In this document: positions 1-15,040 of the stretch, one piece after another | How positions within the stretch are numbered: position 1 is the first letter of the stretch | How the letters are laid out: each line of letters starts with the position of its first letter | Source: Octopus vulgaris | Taxonomy: Eukaryota | DNA length: 64,000 bases | NCBI GenBank assembly: GCA_951406725.2 | Contig: OX597830.1 | Location: 36,952,001 to 37,016,000, forward strand | Direction: 5' to 3' | Position numbers and translations under genes: made by a program | The notes under the pieces: model-generated | The model's input: the letters and a program-made list of their open reading frames with translations, nothing else | Told to the model about the DNA's origin: nothing | The model's database searches: none

Positions 1-66
1 AGAAACTAGTCAACGCGTAACGGATTCAGAGAGGCGTGTTGGATTTTTCGTATTAGGTATTGCAAA

Positions 67-119
67 ACCTACTGAGGAGAATTAAGGCTTAACCCAGAAT
101 TCGAAATAATGATCCAGGT
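67..119 (+). ncRNA. Candidate type-I hammerhead ribozyme motif (Penelope-like repeat context)
   Basis: CTGAGGA (72-78); stem II GAATT/AATTC (79-83/98-102); GAAA (103-106); ATC triplet (112-114); stem I ACCT/AGGT with an A.C mismatch next to the core. A second 3' half-motif, GAAACTAGTC with palindromic ACTAGT, lies at 2-11 and is cut by the window edge. Confidence 0.5.
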
Positions 120-368
120 GTATCAAGTACCTTATTTTACAGCCATTTGATCGTTTGCTCGACTTCTGCTGGCCCGTTTTGTTTTTCAGTATGATTGGTG
201 GCTAATTTGAGGTTTTTAACTCTTATATCTAGCAAGCTGGTACTTCGTCTAACCTTTGTTATAGTTATAATTTTTATTGTACAGCAATTTAACGCTATTA
301 TTGCTTGCTGGCCACTTATATTATTGCTGTTATTATCGATTATTCATATTTACTGCTGATAATAATGG

Positions 369-478
369 TACTGCTGCTGCTGCTGCTACTACTACTACTA
401 CTACTACTACTACTGCTGCTGCTTCTGCTGCTGCTGCTGCTGTTGCTGTTGCTTCTGCTGCTGCTGCTGTTGCTGTTG

Positions 479-516
<38 letters not shown>

Positions 517-554
517 GCTGCTGCTTCTGCTGCTGCTGCTGTTGCTGTTGCTTC

Positions 555-651
<97 letters not shown>
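369..651. repeat. Compound (CTG)n/(CTA)n trinucleotide microsatellite with higher-order block duplication
   Basis: Alternating gct and act tracts; the block gcttctgctgctgct..gttgctgttgct recurs. Confidence 0.95.
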
Positions 652-680
652 GTGTATATGAATATTAATTTGAATATTTA

Positions 681-721
<41 letters not shown>

Positions 722-1277
722 TGTGTGTGTGTGTGTGTGTGTGTGCGTGTATGTGTGTATGTGTGTTCGAGTTCGGCTTTTGTGTGTTTAAGGTTATCTC
801 CCATCTACAACAATGCCGTCCAAATAATGAAATTTGAATAGTTGGAACCAAAGTAAACCAAATATATATTTTCGTAAAATAAATTTTCAGTAATTGTAAG
901 TTATGCATGTAAACTGCAAATTATATTTAATAAATAATGAATAAATTATCATTAAATATTCATGCTACACAATATAACAGCACTCTAATATATTTAAATA
1001 TCTTTTACAAATGATGAGTATGAACGTACAAAAGTAATTTCATTAATGTTATTTTTTCGTCTAACCACGGTTTTTCTCATCTTGCAGTGGAATTAAATTA
1101 TGAGAAAAATGGCTAATTATATTATCTTAAAGAAAACTTGTTGTAAACATGTAAACTACAACTGCGGCATCCTCTTATGTATAGGCGTAGCTGTGTGGTA
1201 AGAGTCCTCTACTAATGGCCCGGATTGACAAAAGCCTGGTGATAGAATTTGGTAGATGGAAACCGAAAGAAATCCGT

Positions 1278-1320
<43 letters not shown>

Positions 1321-1324
<4 letters not shown>

Positions 1325-2250
1325 AATAAGAAAATGGAGAGGATATACAATGGACAAACATCAGCCAGTAAACATTCAATTGTATCTAATTATTAAATGA
1401 TTATAAACAAATTAACGAATGAAATAAGCCAATAAATGCATAAACAGATACACACACACACACACACACACACATAAATACATATATATATATATATAGA
1501 AACAAATGAATAATAACAGATGAAAACACGATGTGTACCGCAGCCTCCAGAAATTCCTCTTGAGTGAGACTTTATTCACCTACATACCAGAGGATGGAAT
1601 AACTAACGTGGATTATATTAACACCTTTATTGAAGTCCTTACCTTACCTTTCCTTACTATGTCTATCACATTATTTCATTCTATTTTACCCTACTCTGTT
1701 TTTTAACAGACTTTCACACATGTTAGTTTCCTAACATTTGCACCCTATGAAGAAGCTTAGGGGTACATTCATTATCCAAACACTATCCAATGTCTATTGA
1801 TCCCTGTATATCACTGACGGGGTGAAGATATATTGGAAGTTTTTGTTGCCTCATGGTAGAAACGGCCGTAAGGAATTAGTACCTGTACACTCATCTATTA
1901 TTATTCATTTGTTTATATATATAATATATATATATATGTGTGTGTGTGTGTGTATGTATATATATCTGTTTATGCATTTATTGGCTTATTTCATTCATTA
2001 ATTTGTATCACGTACACATGTTTATAATCATTTAATAAATAGATATAAATGAGTGTTTACTAGCTGATGTTTGTCGATTGTATACCCTCTCCATTATCTT
2101 ATTTGCCTTATAAATTTACTCTCACCCATACAAAAATACCCAATTGCGATATTGCCATGCAATAGTAAGCACTTGGTTATAAATAATTAGGTACACATTC
2201 AGTAGTATACTGGATATTTAATATCCCTTAGACGGTTTCTTAACCCCTAA
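1321..2250 (+). mobile_element. Penelope-like element remnant with inverted terminal segment and hammerhead-like motif
   Basis: 1321-1522 is an imperfect inverted copy of 1891-2107. Internal motif: CCT-ATGAAGA-A...A-GAAACGGCCGTA-AGG (1744-1873). Flanked by (TA)n on both sides. Confidence 0.6.
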
Positions 2251-2257
2251 CTCATAC

Positions 2258-2308
<51 letters not shown>

Positions 2309-2873
2309 TAAGTATAAATATTTATGCTTATCTGTGCATATATCTTCGCGTTTGTCCCTATTACTACTTGACAACCGGTGTTGGCCTGTTTACGTCCCCG
2401 TAATGATTTGGTATATAAATGTTATGAGATTCAATAAGATGATTAATTTTTTCAGTTTCAATGTTTATTGTTTTCGATTTTGTTTTGTTTTATTGAGGGT
2501 TAAATAATTTTTTTAGGTGGAGAAGATAACCAAAAGTTCCGATATTTTTCATAAAACTTGGGAAGATAACCCAAGTTTTTAATAGGGGTGAGATAAGCAA
2601 AAATTACCCCGTGTTGAAGGGACATGTTAGCCATTCCAAAGTACGCAAACGTCGTTAACTTTACTTGAGAGCAAAATTTCAAAATTTTGGTGGCATCAAC
2701 TACGACCTGATCACTAACGCTATTTGAACGTGAATGTAGAGGAATCGAGTCAGTGATCATTTCGTAGTTGGTGCGACAATTTTAACACCAAATAATAAGT
2801 GCTTTAATTGAAGTCAACGTTAACTAACTTAGAGTGTTTTTGAATGGTTAATTATTATGTCATGCACGCCGCA

Positions 2874-3300
<427 letters not shown>

Positions 3301-3802
3301 ACGCACATCTATATGTATTGAAATAAAAAAAAAACATAAAACTATTCCAATTACAAAACGAAAGAAAAATACAAACAGACTATGTTGTCAATGTTACAAT
3401 TTTCACACTGCACTAAACATGATTAATCATTGCCGAAGTTGGTGCGACAAGCAGTCGAAGAATCTCACTTCGCAATCTGGTGATCCCTGATTCGAAGTAG
3501 TTCTGTTTAAAGTCGTTCTAAACTTTATGGACAAAACGTGTTTTAGATCTCGTAACAAGCATCTACATTGACCAAACGACACCGAAAATTTCGGTTTCTT
3601 TGTTATTATCTCACAAGTTTGATGAATTTTTACTTTCGATTATTTTGGTCCGTGACATATACAGTATGTATCTGTTAATTGATTTTTATCCACCGGAACA
3701 TCGATATAACAAAACCTCATCCTATTTCTCGATCACACGTCCACCTAATCTAATCTTATATCACACACACTTTATTCTATTGCTATTGTCTTGTCTTTTG
3801 TT

Positions 3803-3835
<33 letters not shown>

Positions 3836-4329
3836 CACCACCACTACTATAACTACCACCACCAATACTACTACTACCATCAGTACCCTCACCACCATCA
3901 TCACTACCACGTCTACTACTACTACCACCATCACTACTATTACTGCTACTACTACTACTACCACCACTACTATTGCTACTACTACTACTACCACCACCAT
4001 CACCACCACCACCACTACTACTACCACTATCATCATCACCACCATTATCACCACCACCACCACCACCATCACTACTATTGCTACTACTACTACTACCACC
4101 ATCACCCAACACCACCACTACTACTACCACCATCCCCAACCACCGCCACAACCACCACCACCACCACCACCACTACTACTACCACTATCATCATCACCAC
4201 ATCCACCATTATCACCACCACCACCACCACCATCACTACTATTGCTACTACTACTACTACCACCATCACCCAACACCACCACTACTACTACCACCATCCC
4301 CAACCACCGCCACAACCACCACCACCACC

Positions 4330-4377
<48 letters not shown>
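3803..4377. repeat. (CAC)n/(TAC)n compound microsatellite with an internal ~170-bp tandem duplication
   Basis: The block ccattatcaccacc...catcacccaacacc...catccccaaccaccgccacaacc occurs twice (about 4040-4205 and 4205-4375). Confidence 0.92.
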
Positions 4378-4378
<1 letters not shown>

Positions 4379-5302
4379 TTTACAATGTTATCAGTGAAGG
4401 TATAAACCACGACTGAGCCAAGTACAGCAACAACAGCAATGGCAACAAAGACATCAGTAAGAACGGCGGAAATAATATATAAATGAAATAAATAAATCAG
4501 TAAATAGCAGAATAAAACTATAAAACAAAATAAAGCTGCAGCAGTTGCAATGAAGGCAACGAAATAACATCAGCAACTTAACGCAACACAATTTAAAGCG
4601 AATTCGATAAAAGTAGATTTCATACAAGAAAACGTTTAAAGATAACACCGCCATTGCTTCTCCTCACCTCGTCTCGCCTCGCCTTGACTCGTTTTTCGAA
4701 TCTCCTCTAATAGAAACGAAGAAAACAAAAAGCGTGATTATACAAACAGTAATACTAAAAACAAAAACAAGATTTTCAGAAAGAAATTTCACACAAAACT
4801 TTCAGGATCTGTTTTTCTTCAAAAGCAAACTAGAATTGACTTCAGAAATGCACTTAAGTCTCAGCCAATATGAAAATGCTTCATCTATGAGGATCTGAAT
4901 AGGCTTTCTGACACTTTTCTCTCCGGCTCTTATTAAAAGAGACTTACAGATCGCAATTTTCAATAGAATAGGATCAATTGCTATATTTTCTTTACTTGTT
5001 ACTCGTTTTTCTTTCCATTCCCTTGTTCATTTTTCTTTAAAGCAATCTCTCTATTAACTTCCAAATTTTTCTTTCAACCTATATATATTCCATTCCATTC
5101 ACTTTCTTTCTTTCATTGTAACTAATTCCATGTCAGGACTTTTATTCTGTCCCAGGAGATAACGTTTCACTTATTTCTCGTGTTTATCATTCCTGTAGTC
5201 TCTTTTGCAAAATTCTACTTTATATTTTTATCTTGTTCTCAAATCCTAGAATGGCCTGCAGAGATCCAGAGCTCTTTCTCTCGCCCCCATCTCACTCTAT
5301 AC

Positions 5303-5369
<67 letters not shown>

Positions 5370-5378
<9 letters not shown>

Positions 5379-5568
5379 CTCACACTACGCTTGACAAACG
5401 GTGTTGGTATGTTTATGTCTCTGTAACTTAGCGGTTTGGTGAAAAATACTGATAGAGTAAGTACCACACTTAAAAATAAAAGCATTGCGGACGATTCATT
5501 CGACTAAAAGTTCTTCAAGATGGTGCTCCAGAATGGCCACAGTCTAATGACTGAAACAGATAAAAGGT
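5370..5568 (+). mobile_element. SINE family B, 3' half
   Basis: Matches the 3' half of the full copy at 9146-9557 (cgcttgacaa...gtaacttagcgg...tgactgaaaca). Confidence 0.85.
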
Positions 5569-5569
5569 A

Positions 5570-5604
<35 letters not shown>

Positions 5605-5753
5605 TGTATATGTATATGTATATATATTTGCATGTATATGTATATATATTTGCATATTTGCATATGACTATCTATTTATCTCTCTATTCATCTCCCTCCC
5701 TGTCTATCCATCCATCCATCCATCCATCCATCCATCCATCCATCCATCCATCC

Positions 5754-5824
<71 letters not shown>

Positions 5825-6683
5825 CGTTTAGTGTTGGTCATCTGAAAGCATAGTACTCGATACCAAACTAAGAGTAAATAATAATCGAGTTTGCGTCTTG
5901 CTTCTCTGGGTTCCAATGTGTACGAACAGAGTCATCGGACAAGTTAAGACCGAAGAAATATTTGAATTCGCATTTGTAAATGCAAGATCCCTGTCTTTGC
6001 TATAAGAATGGAGAGGAAATGAGATAAAAGAAAAAGAAGGAAAAATCTAAAGAAGAAAAAGAAAAAAAATATAGAGGAGACAGGAAAGTATAAACAAAGA
6101 AAATAAAAGAAAAGAAAAGGAAGAAAAAATAGAAGAAGAAAGAAAGGCAGATGAAGATGAAAGGCGTTGTGTGTTTAGATAAGGGTATGAAATGGGATTG
6201 GCGAGTGTTTAGAATGATCAAAGAATTCAATGAAAAGAGTCAATAGGAAAATAGCAGAAGCATTGATGGTTGAACTTGTAACAAGCAGGGATGGAATTAG
6301 AGCTGGAAGGACCTAACGAAGCTAATAAAGAATTGCCCTTTTTTTTCAGCTAAACTACTGAACATTTTGAAATTTATTATTTCCATCCGGTTGTAAACAC
6401 CGATGTTCTTGTTTTTAGACACTTCGTTGAACTGTGTAAGTACAATTAGCTTTGAAGAGAAGCGTCATGGTTCTTACTGTTGGTGTTTAATTCTAGGTAC
6501 ACCCGTAATTGACAAACTTCTTTCTAACCGCAACCGGATCTCTTTTTCAATGAAATTGTCCAGTGTGTCTCTCTTCCTTTTCAAGAATAGCATATGGGTA
6601 AGATTTAGCTACTATTTTTAGCAGCATGAGTCGCCGCATAAGGGCTCTGTCATTAGTTTTGAATATATTGTATTGTAGTAAGA

Positions 6684-6895
6684 CGGCGAGCTAGAAGAAT
6701 CGTTAGCACGCCAGGTAAAATGCTATCTAGTGTTCCATCCGTCCTTACGTTCTGATTTCAAATTTCGCCGACGTCGACTTTGCTTTTCATTCTTTCAGGG
6801 TCGGTAAAATGATTACTAACTGAGCACTGGGGTCGATGTAATCGACTTATCTCCTCCTCAAACCTGCTGACCTTATGCCAAACTTTGAAACCAAT
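6684..6895 (+). mobile_element. SINE family A (tRNA-derived), tail type C
   Basis: Head ggcgagct.gaa..cgttagcacgcc, B-box-like gatttcaaatt, body gtcgactttgcttttcat, tail ccttatgccaaactttgaaacc. A further head fragment lies at about 6917-6980. Confidence 0.85.
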
Positions 6896-7571
6896 AAATT
6901 GCAGTGCAGGAGGGAAAGCGGTGAGCTGGCATAATCGTTAGCATGCCGAACGAAATGCTGCTAAGCATTTCGTCCGTCAAAATGTGTAACCAATATATTG
7001 TGGTGTAGGGTATTAGTATAGAATTGGAATTTAATTTAATAATTTAGATATTTCTAATATGTTGATGCTTAATCTACCTTGAAGCGCAGTGGCAAATGTC
7101 CCATAATCAAGGCAACATGTTTAAACAAAAATAAAAGCCAATATTTTCGTGCTTCAATTCAATGTTGGTTTATGCCTCAATGTCGGTAACAGTTTTACAC
7201 TGTTTTCACATCAAATATTTAATTTCCTTTATGCAAACGTGCAAATCTTTTGAACATTTTAGCCACTTGTTGTAGTTGTTTTGTTGTATTGTCGATATTA
7301 GTTGCCGTGGTAGAGGTGTATAGATATTAGTGGCGAAAAATTGAGTTGATATTGCGTTGGAATATCAAATTACAGAAGGAGGGGGTCAAATCACAGTAAA
7401 AGGGTTTCAGTGTACGTAAGTCTACAAACCCATGTTTAGCTGTCTGCGATAAATAGGCACTAGATAATCTGGAAATTGCCTATAATATAAAATACAGAAT
7501 CCGGGAAATTTATTGTGGGTTTTCATTGATGACATCTAATCTCCTGGAAAAGAACGCTTATTTAAAAACAA

Positions 7572-7730
7572 GGCGCGGCTGTGTGGTAAGAATCTTGCTT
7601 CCCAGCCACATAGTTCTAGGTCCATTCCCACTGCATGGTATCATGAGTAAGCGTTTTCTACTATAGCCTCTGACTAACCAAAGCCTTGTGAACTAATTTG
7701 GTTGACAGAGACTTAGAGAAGTCCATCGTA
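7572..7730 (+). mobile_element. SINE family B, 5' half ending in a long (TA)n
   Basis: ggcgcggctgtgtggtaag...ttcccactgc...ctatagcctc, followed by about 270 bp of (TA)n. Confidence 0.85.
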
Positions 7731-7749
7731 TATATATATATATATATAT

Positions 7750-7820
<71 letters not shown>

Positions 7821-7827
7821 TATATAC

Positions 7828-8601
<774 letters not shown>

Positions 8602-8607
8602 TTTATA

Positions 8608-8692
<85 letters not shown>

Positions 8693-8699
8693 TTCCAAA

Positions 8700-8886
8700 A
8701 AATAAACGAAGAAAAACACAAGAAAAAACAATAAAAAGGCGAGGACGTGGTACATGCAAAGTATTAGTAGACGCTCAGGGAAGGAAAGAAAGGTAGTTTT
8801 ACGTTTCGAGCGAAGCTCTTCTTCAGAAACAGGAGACATAGGTAAGTCCAAGAGAAAAGGAAGACGGAGGAAAAAAAAACCGCCAT
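8700..8886 (-). mobile_element. Hammerhead-bearing short repeat, subfamily 1 (Penelope-like pLTR derivative)
   Basis: Homologous to 28930-29135; contains the hammerhead motif at 8796-8830. Confidence 0.75.
8796..8830 (-). ncRNA. Minimal type-I hammerhead ribozyme, canonical core
   Basis: Minus strand reads GUUU CUGAAGA A GAGC-UUC-GCUC GAAA CG UA AAAC: stem I GUUU/AAAC, 4-bp stem II, palindromic ACGU in place of stem III, GUA cleavage triplet. Confidence 0.8.
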
Positions 8887-9145
8887 GGATTTGTGTTTGT
8901 GCGTGCGTGCGCGTGTGTGTGTGTGTGTGAGTGATTGTATCTGTTTGTTTTTACCCCACCGTTTGACAACCAGTGTTGGTACATTTACGTCTTCATTATT
9001 TAGCAGTTCGGTAAAAGAGCTTGATAGAATAAGTACCAGGCTCAATGATACATTGGACTAAAAGAAAATTCTTCAAGGCAGTGTCCCAGCATGGCTGTAG
9101 TCTAATGACTGAAACAAATGAAAGATAAAAAGATATGATAAAACA

Positions 9146-9557
9146 TAGGAGTGGCTGTGTGGTAAGTAGCTTGCTTACCAACCACATGATTCTAGGTTCA
9201 TTCTCACTGCGTGGCACCTTGGTCAAGTGTCTTCTAATATAGCCTCGGACCGACCAAAGCCTTGTGGGTGGATTTAATAGACGGAAACTGAAAGAAGCCT
9301 GTCGTATATATGTATATATATATGTATGTGTGTGTATATGTTTGTGTGTCTGTGTTTGTCCCCCCAACATCACTTGACAACCGATGCTGGTGTGTTTACG
9401 TCCCTGTAACTTAGTGGTTCGGCAAAAGAGTCCGATAGAATAAGTACTAGGCTTCCAAAGAATAAGTCCTGGGGTCGACTTGTTCGACAAAAGTCGGTAC
9501 TCCAGCATGGCCGCAGGCAAATTACTGAAACAAGTAAAAAAGTAAAAAGTAAAAAGT
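9146..9557 (+). mobile_element. SINE family B, full-length (tRNA-derived head, CORE-like accttgg.caagt segment, internal TA/TG microsatellite)
   Basis: A-box-like tggctgtgtgg, B-box-like ggttcattct, tail (agtaaaa)n. Many copies in the window; resembles octopus OR-type SINEs (from recall). A 3' half copy precedes it at about 8930-9135. Confidence 0.9.
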
Positions 9558-10162
9558 CAATGTATTTGCCTGGTGGAAAAAGAGACGCGGATATTTTGTT
9601 TCCTTTTCCACGCGTAAGTACATTGACTTTATCTGCGACTGCATCTTAATGCATGTAATAACATCGCGAAATGACAACTAGTCTAAATTTATAATACCTA
9701 CTAGGAGATAGCAGGTGTTATACTTCTTTTGCTGTTGCTGTATGTAATGTTAAAAAAAAAACTCAGTATACTTTTCGGAAAGAGCGGAGTGAAATTAGCG
9801 CAGGGAATGAAATATCCTACGGTTTGGACAGAGTCATTTTTTTTTAAAGTTAATATTACTTGCGGGAAAATATAAAACAGAGGATGTAAAACTCTGATGT
9901 TTTCCTAAATATTTCCTTCCTGTCAACTTTTACCCGAAGAAAACCTCTATAGAAATTTATTGATATTCCACTCTCTACGGCAATTTCTCTGTACTCTTTA
10001 TGTCACTTCGAAAGAAAAAAAAATACGTCATGCCAACACAGTCTAACACCAGTTTGCTTCCAATCTGTTTTATAAGAATTATTCAGAACTGAAACAGTCA
10101 CTGTACTTATGTGTGTATAAATATGCGTTACGTTGACTACATAAGATTTCCTCCATGTAATT

Positions 10163-10730
10163 AATCTTTTCTATTCTAGGTACAAGGCCCGAAATTTGAG
10201 GAGGGGACCAGTCGATCGGATCGACCCCAGTACGTAATTGGTATTTAATTTATCAACACAGAAAAGATGAAAGGCATAGTCGACCTCGGCGGAATTTGAA
10301 CTCAGAATGTAGCGACAATCGAAATATCTATTTCTTTACTACCCACAAGGGGCACGGAGAAGACCAAGAAAAATAGACAAAGGGATTAAGCTGATTACAT
10401 CGACCCCAGTGCGTAATTGGTACTTAATTTATCGACCCCGGAAGGATGAAAGCCAAAGTCGACCGCGGCGGAATTTGAACTCAAAACGTAGCGGCAGACG
10501 AAATACCTATTTCTTTACTACCCACAAGGGCTAAACACAGAGAGGACAAACAAGGACAGACAAAGGGATTAAGTCGATTATATCGACCCCAGTGCGTAAC
10601 TGGTACTTAATTTATCGACACCGAAAGGATGAAAGGCAAAGTCGACCTCGGCGGAATTTGAACTCAGAACGTAACGGCTGACGAAATACCGCTAAGCATT
10701 TCGCCCGGCGTGCTAACGTTTCTGCTAGCT
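10163..10730 (-). mobile_element. SINE family A trimer (one head, three bodies; tails B, B, A)
   Basis: Three ~180-bp units containing gtcgacctcggcggaatttgaactca. Flanking direct repeat atgtaattaat (about 10155-10165 and 10746-10756). Confidence 0.9.
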
Positions 10731-11359
10731 TGTTGAATTCCCTCGATGTAATTAATATACATCCACTAATATTGTCATTATCTGTTAAGGATATACAATA
10801 AGAATTGCGTAAATATGATAGAAATTCTGTTGGCGGGCAACGATTAAATAGAAAAAATAATTTGAGGCTTACAAATTTAGTCTGCTTGGAGTAGAATCAA
10901 GACTCGTATCAGTTTCTCGTTTCGATACATAAATGTCGTATAAAGACAGAAAACAGAGTACGATTGTTTAGTTGATCTAATTTCTGGTATTACTAGCTAA
11001 ATACTGATAATAAATGTTTCATTTCGTCATTCGCTAGTTATCAGTCAATCGAGTTATTAGACGATGTCTCGAAATGCTATTACTCAACGATTCGTTAGAT
11101 TTACTGATATACACTATGTATACAAATACACACGAACACACGAACACACACACACACACACACATACACGCTTAGTCATAGCTGTGTGGTTAAGAAGCTT
11201 ATTTGCAATCATGTTTTTTCGTTTTCAATCCCATTACACACCACTTTGAACAAGTGTCTTCTAATATAGCCCCGGGTTTATCAGTGCCTTAGAAGTGAAT
11301 TAGGCAGACTGGGTGGAAGACTGTTGTATGTATGTATGTACATGCATACATATGTATCA

Positions 11360-12095
11360 GTATTGGCTCAGGCCATGTCTAACTTAATAACACCACCTGG
11401 CAAAGTTATTCAAATCAGGAATCTGTATCTGACAACATGGCCCACTCGAGGAGAGAGGTTTTGTTTATGGAGCTATATCCGAGTGTAGGAAGTTTATCGG
11501 GGATTTTTTGATGGAATTTGTCCAAAGAGTTCTTGAGCTTTATAGGGTATATTTCTGCTTTAATGTGTCTTGGTGTAATGTTAAAGAGAGCGTGGCGTAT
11601 TGTTGATATGTGATGCGAGTATGATTTATGTGGTGGACGGATAGCACAGGGTCCAAGTCTTGGGTGTATCTTAAAGGTGATGCCAACATCATTTGGGCAA
11701 TGCGGATGGAATATTTTCCACATCATGCAGATGATGTAGCGTTCTTGGCGGCGTTGGAAAGAATAAAGCTTGAGCTTTTCTAGTCGACCTCAATAGTCAA
11801 GGCATGCCATGCCATCTATCTTGTTTTTAATTGACCTCAGACTGTCATCAAGGTAATGCAGAAGCTGCGTCATGCAGTTCCTTTCATTACGGAACCCATG
11901 TTGGTTGGGGCTCATCAGTATGTTGCTTTCAAGAAAGTGGGTTATCCGTGACATCACCAACCTCTCAAATATCTTGATGATATGTGAGGTAAGCGAGATC
12001 GGCCGGTAGATCGCTGCAAAGGACTTGTTTCCCTTTTTGAAAACTGGGGCAACAGACTGGACAGAAAGTTCTCAGAAATATAACCAGCATCCAGT
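11360..12095 (-). pseudogene. CR1-group LINE ORF2 fragment (RT N-terminal part joined to the C-terminus and 3' UTR by an internal deletion)
   Basis: Minus-strand peptides YRPISLTSHIIKIFER, QHGFRNERNCMTQLL, RLEKLKLYSFQRRQERYII and LDKFHQKIPDKLP. The 3' UTR is shared with 14230-14490. Confidence 0.85.
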
Positions 12096-12146
12096 AATAC
12101 ATACATACATACATATATACATACATACATACATATATATATATAT

Positions 12147-12215
<69 letters not shown>

Positions 12216-12248
12216 TAAGAAAGTTTGTTTGGTAAAGCACGTGGGTGA

Positions 12249-12533
<285 letters not shown>

Positions 12534-12534
12534 A

Positions 12535-13030
<496 letters not shown>

Positions 13031-13979
13031 AAGGCGTGTGAGTATGTATAACACCAGTGATGCCTAGTTTCTAATCCGGTGGAATACATTGTAAATATAT
13101 CAGTAGTTACACTTATGGGACTGTCAAAGTATGCAATCAGAATAACTACTATTATATACAATGGCTGAGTAAATAATATCTCCTGATAAAAGAGGCGATA
13201 TCAAGAGTCAGGGTTTGTTGTAAGTGTAACGGTATGTCAGTCCACGTCCATTTGGGTTTAAACATATTGTATGAGAAGTTAGAGGTTACTAGTAAAGACC
13301 ACTGAACTCAGTATAATAGATGAGTTGCAGGGATGACTTTTAATGCCTCTCTGGTGTTGCAAGAAAAGAAAAAAAAAAAGAAAAAGAAAAAAGAAAATCC
13401 TCATCTACATTTACTTGAATAAATAAATCAAAACGAAGTTATCCACCGTGAGAAGATGCCTTTTATGTTCCATAATAATTTCAAATCTTGATAGTAAACC
13501 TCCATTTGTTTGTACAATAATTCATAAGGTCTACGAAGAATTTAATTGTTTTGTTTTTAAGTAAAAAGGTAGTTGAAGGGAAATAACTATTGTAATAATT
13601 ATCGAAATCCTGTCGGTTCACTAGCCTGTGAGGAATCTTTCTATTAGAAACAAAAGCCACATTTGTTATGTGACAAAAAAAAAAAGGAAAATTATAAAGT
13701 AGGGTTAGATATCCAAATTATAAAAAATATTGGTTTCAGATTTTGGTACGAGTCCAGCAAGGGACTCGAATGAGTTGGTAAAGCGATTATATTGACATCA
13801 ATGTTCAACTGGTAATTATTTTATCTATCTTGAAACGATGATAAAGGAATTTGAACTGAGAAAGTAAAGACGGAGGAAATGCCTCTAAGCATCTTTCCCG
13901 GCGTGCTAACAGTTCTGCCAATTCACCACCTTTATATAATATGTAATATCATATAATATAAAAACTATGTGTTATATAG

Positions 13980-14167
13980 TTGGAATTTACAAAAAAGCAA
14001 AAAAAGAAGACAGGTGTGTAAACAAGAAACAGGTGTATTAGTTTAACGCTCGGGAAGGTTAGAAAGTCTTTTACGTTTTGAGCCTACGCTCTTCAACAGA
14101 AAGGAACACGAGAAAATAAACAGAGAATGAAAAATGCTTTAGTGGTTAGCAGTCGATCATGGTGAAT
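13980..14167 (-). mobile_element. Hammerhead-bearing short repeat, subfamily 2
   Basis: Homologous to 20830-21015 (+), 57050-57240 (+) and 63230-63420 (-). Motif at 14068-14103: CUUU CUGUUGA A GAGC-GUAG-GCUC AAAA CG UA AAAG. Confidence 0.75.
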
Positions 14168-14190
14168 GTTATTTATAGAATTATTTCAAA

Positions 14191-14490
14191 GTCCCGAAGG
14201 ACAAATTGTCCCGAAGGACAAATTGTCCCGAAGGACAAATTGTCCCGAAGGAGATCAAAGAGGAAAAGGATCCCATCAACTTTAAACAGAGTCTGGATAG
14301 ATTCCTTCAAAGAATACCAGATAAGCCACCCATAATTGGATACAACTCACCCAACAAGAACTCACTACTTGAACAAAACTTGCCTTAAACAGGATTCGCA
14401 AAATCCTATCAGATGGTGCTATTAAGTTAGACATGGCCTGGACCAATCTTTGGTCGAAACATATCTAAGTTTATCTAAGTTTATCTAAAG
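14191..14490 (+). mobile_element. 5'-truncated CR1-group LINE 3' end with a 17-bp tandem repeat at its 5' junction
   Basis: Peptide KEIKEEKDPINFKQSLDRFLQRIPDKPP; tail (atctaagttt)n; gtcccgaaggacaaatt x3.6 (14191-14252); possible TSD aaagtc. Confidence 0.82.
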
Positions 14491-14800
14491 TCGTAGATAA
14501 AATGGTATATATAGAATTATATCAGTCGTAGATATTATGTCATATATAGAACTATACCATAGTCGGAGATATAACGTTATATATAGAATTATTTCAAAGT
14601 CGTAGATATGTTATATATATAGAATTATATATCTAGTCTTAGTCATATACAAATATCCTAGATATCGAAATTATGTATCATATATAAATTATAAAATAAT
14701 CTTAGATATGCAAATTATACAATATCATATAAAATATGTATTAACGCTCGATAGCCAAATTATATCATATTATAAATAAATTTATATCATAGTCCTGGAT
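14490..14800. repeat. Degenerate ~33-bp AT-rich minisatellite, interrupted by the CR1 fragment
   Basis: Recurring tatatatagaattat...agtcgtagata units; the first unit starts at about 14168. Confidence 0.75.
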
Positions 14801-14837
14801 ATCCGAAATCTATGAGACGTCTGGAATGCATTTGACC

Positions 14838-15040
14838 AGGAGCTGGCAGAAACGTTAGCACGCCGGGCGAAATGCTTAGCGGTATTTCGTCTGTCTTTAC
14901 GTTCTGAGTTCAAATTCCGACGAGGTCGACTTGCCTTTCATCCTTTCGGAGTCGATAAATTAAGTACCAGTAGCGTACCGGAGTTGATCTAATCGACTGG
15001 TCCCCTCCCCCAAAATTTCGGGCCTTGTGCCTAGAGTACA
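14838..15040 (+). mobile_element. SINE family A, tail type A
   Basis: gagctggcagaaacgttagcacgccgggcg...gagttcaaattcc...ggccttgtgcctagagta. Confidence 0.9.

Noticed and set aside
277-837. 186-aa Ala/Thr-rich ORF and the many YIYI/LSIY/HTHT/poly-I ORFs across the window
   Set aside because: They are translations of microsatellites that lack stop codons, with no complex domain.
3600-4416. Mucin-like poly-Thr/His/Pro ORFs
   Set aside because: Open in several frames on both strands because of (CAC/TAC)n; no splice or domain evidence.
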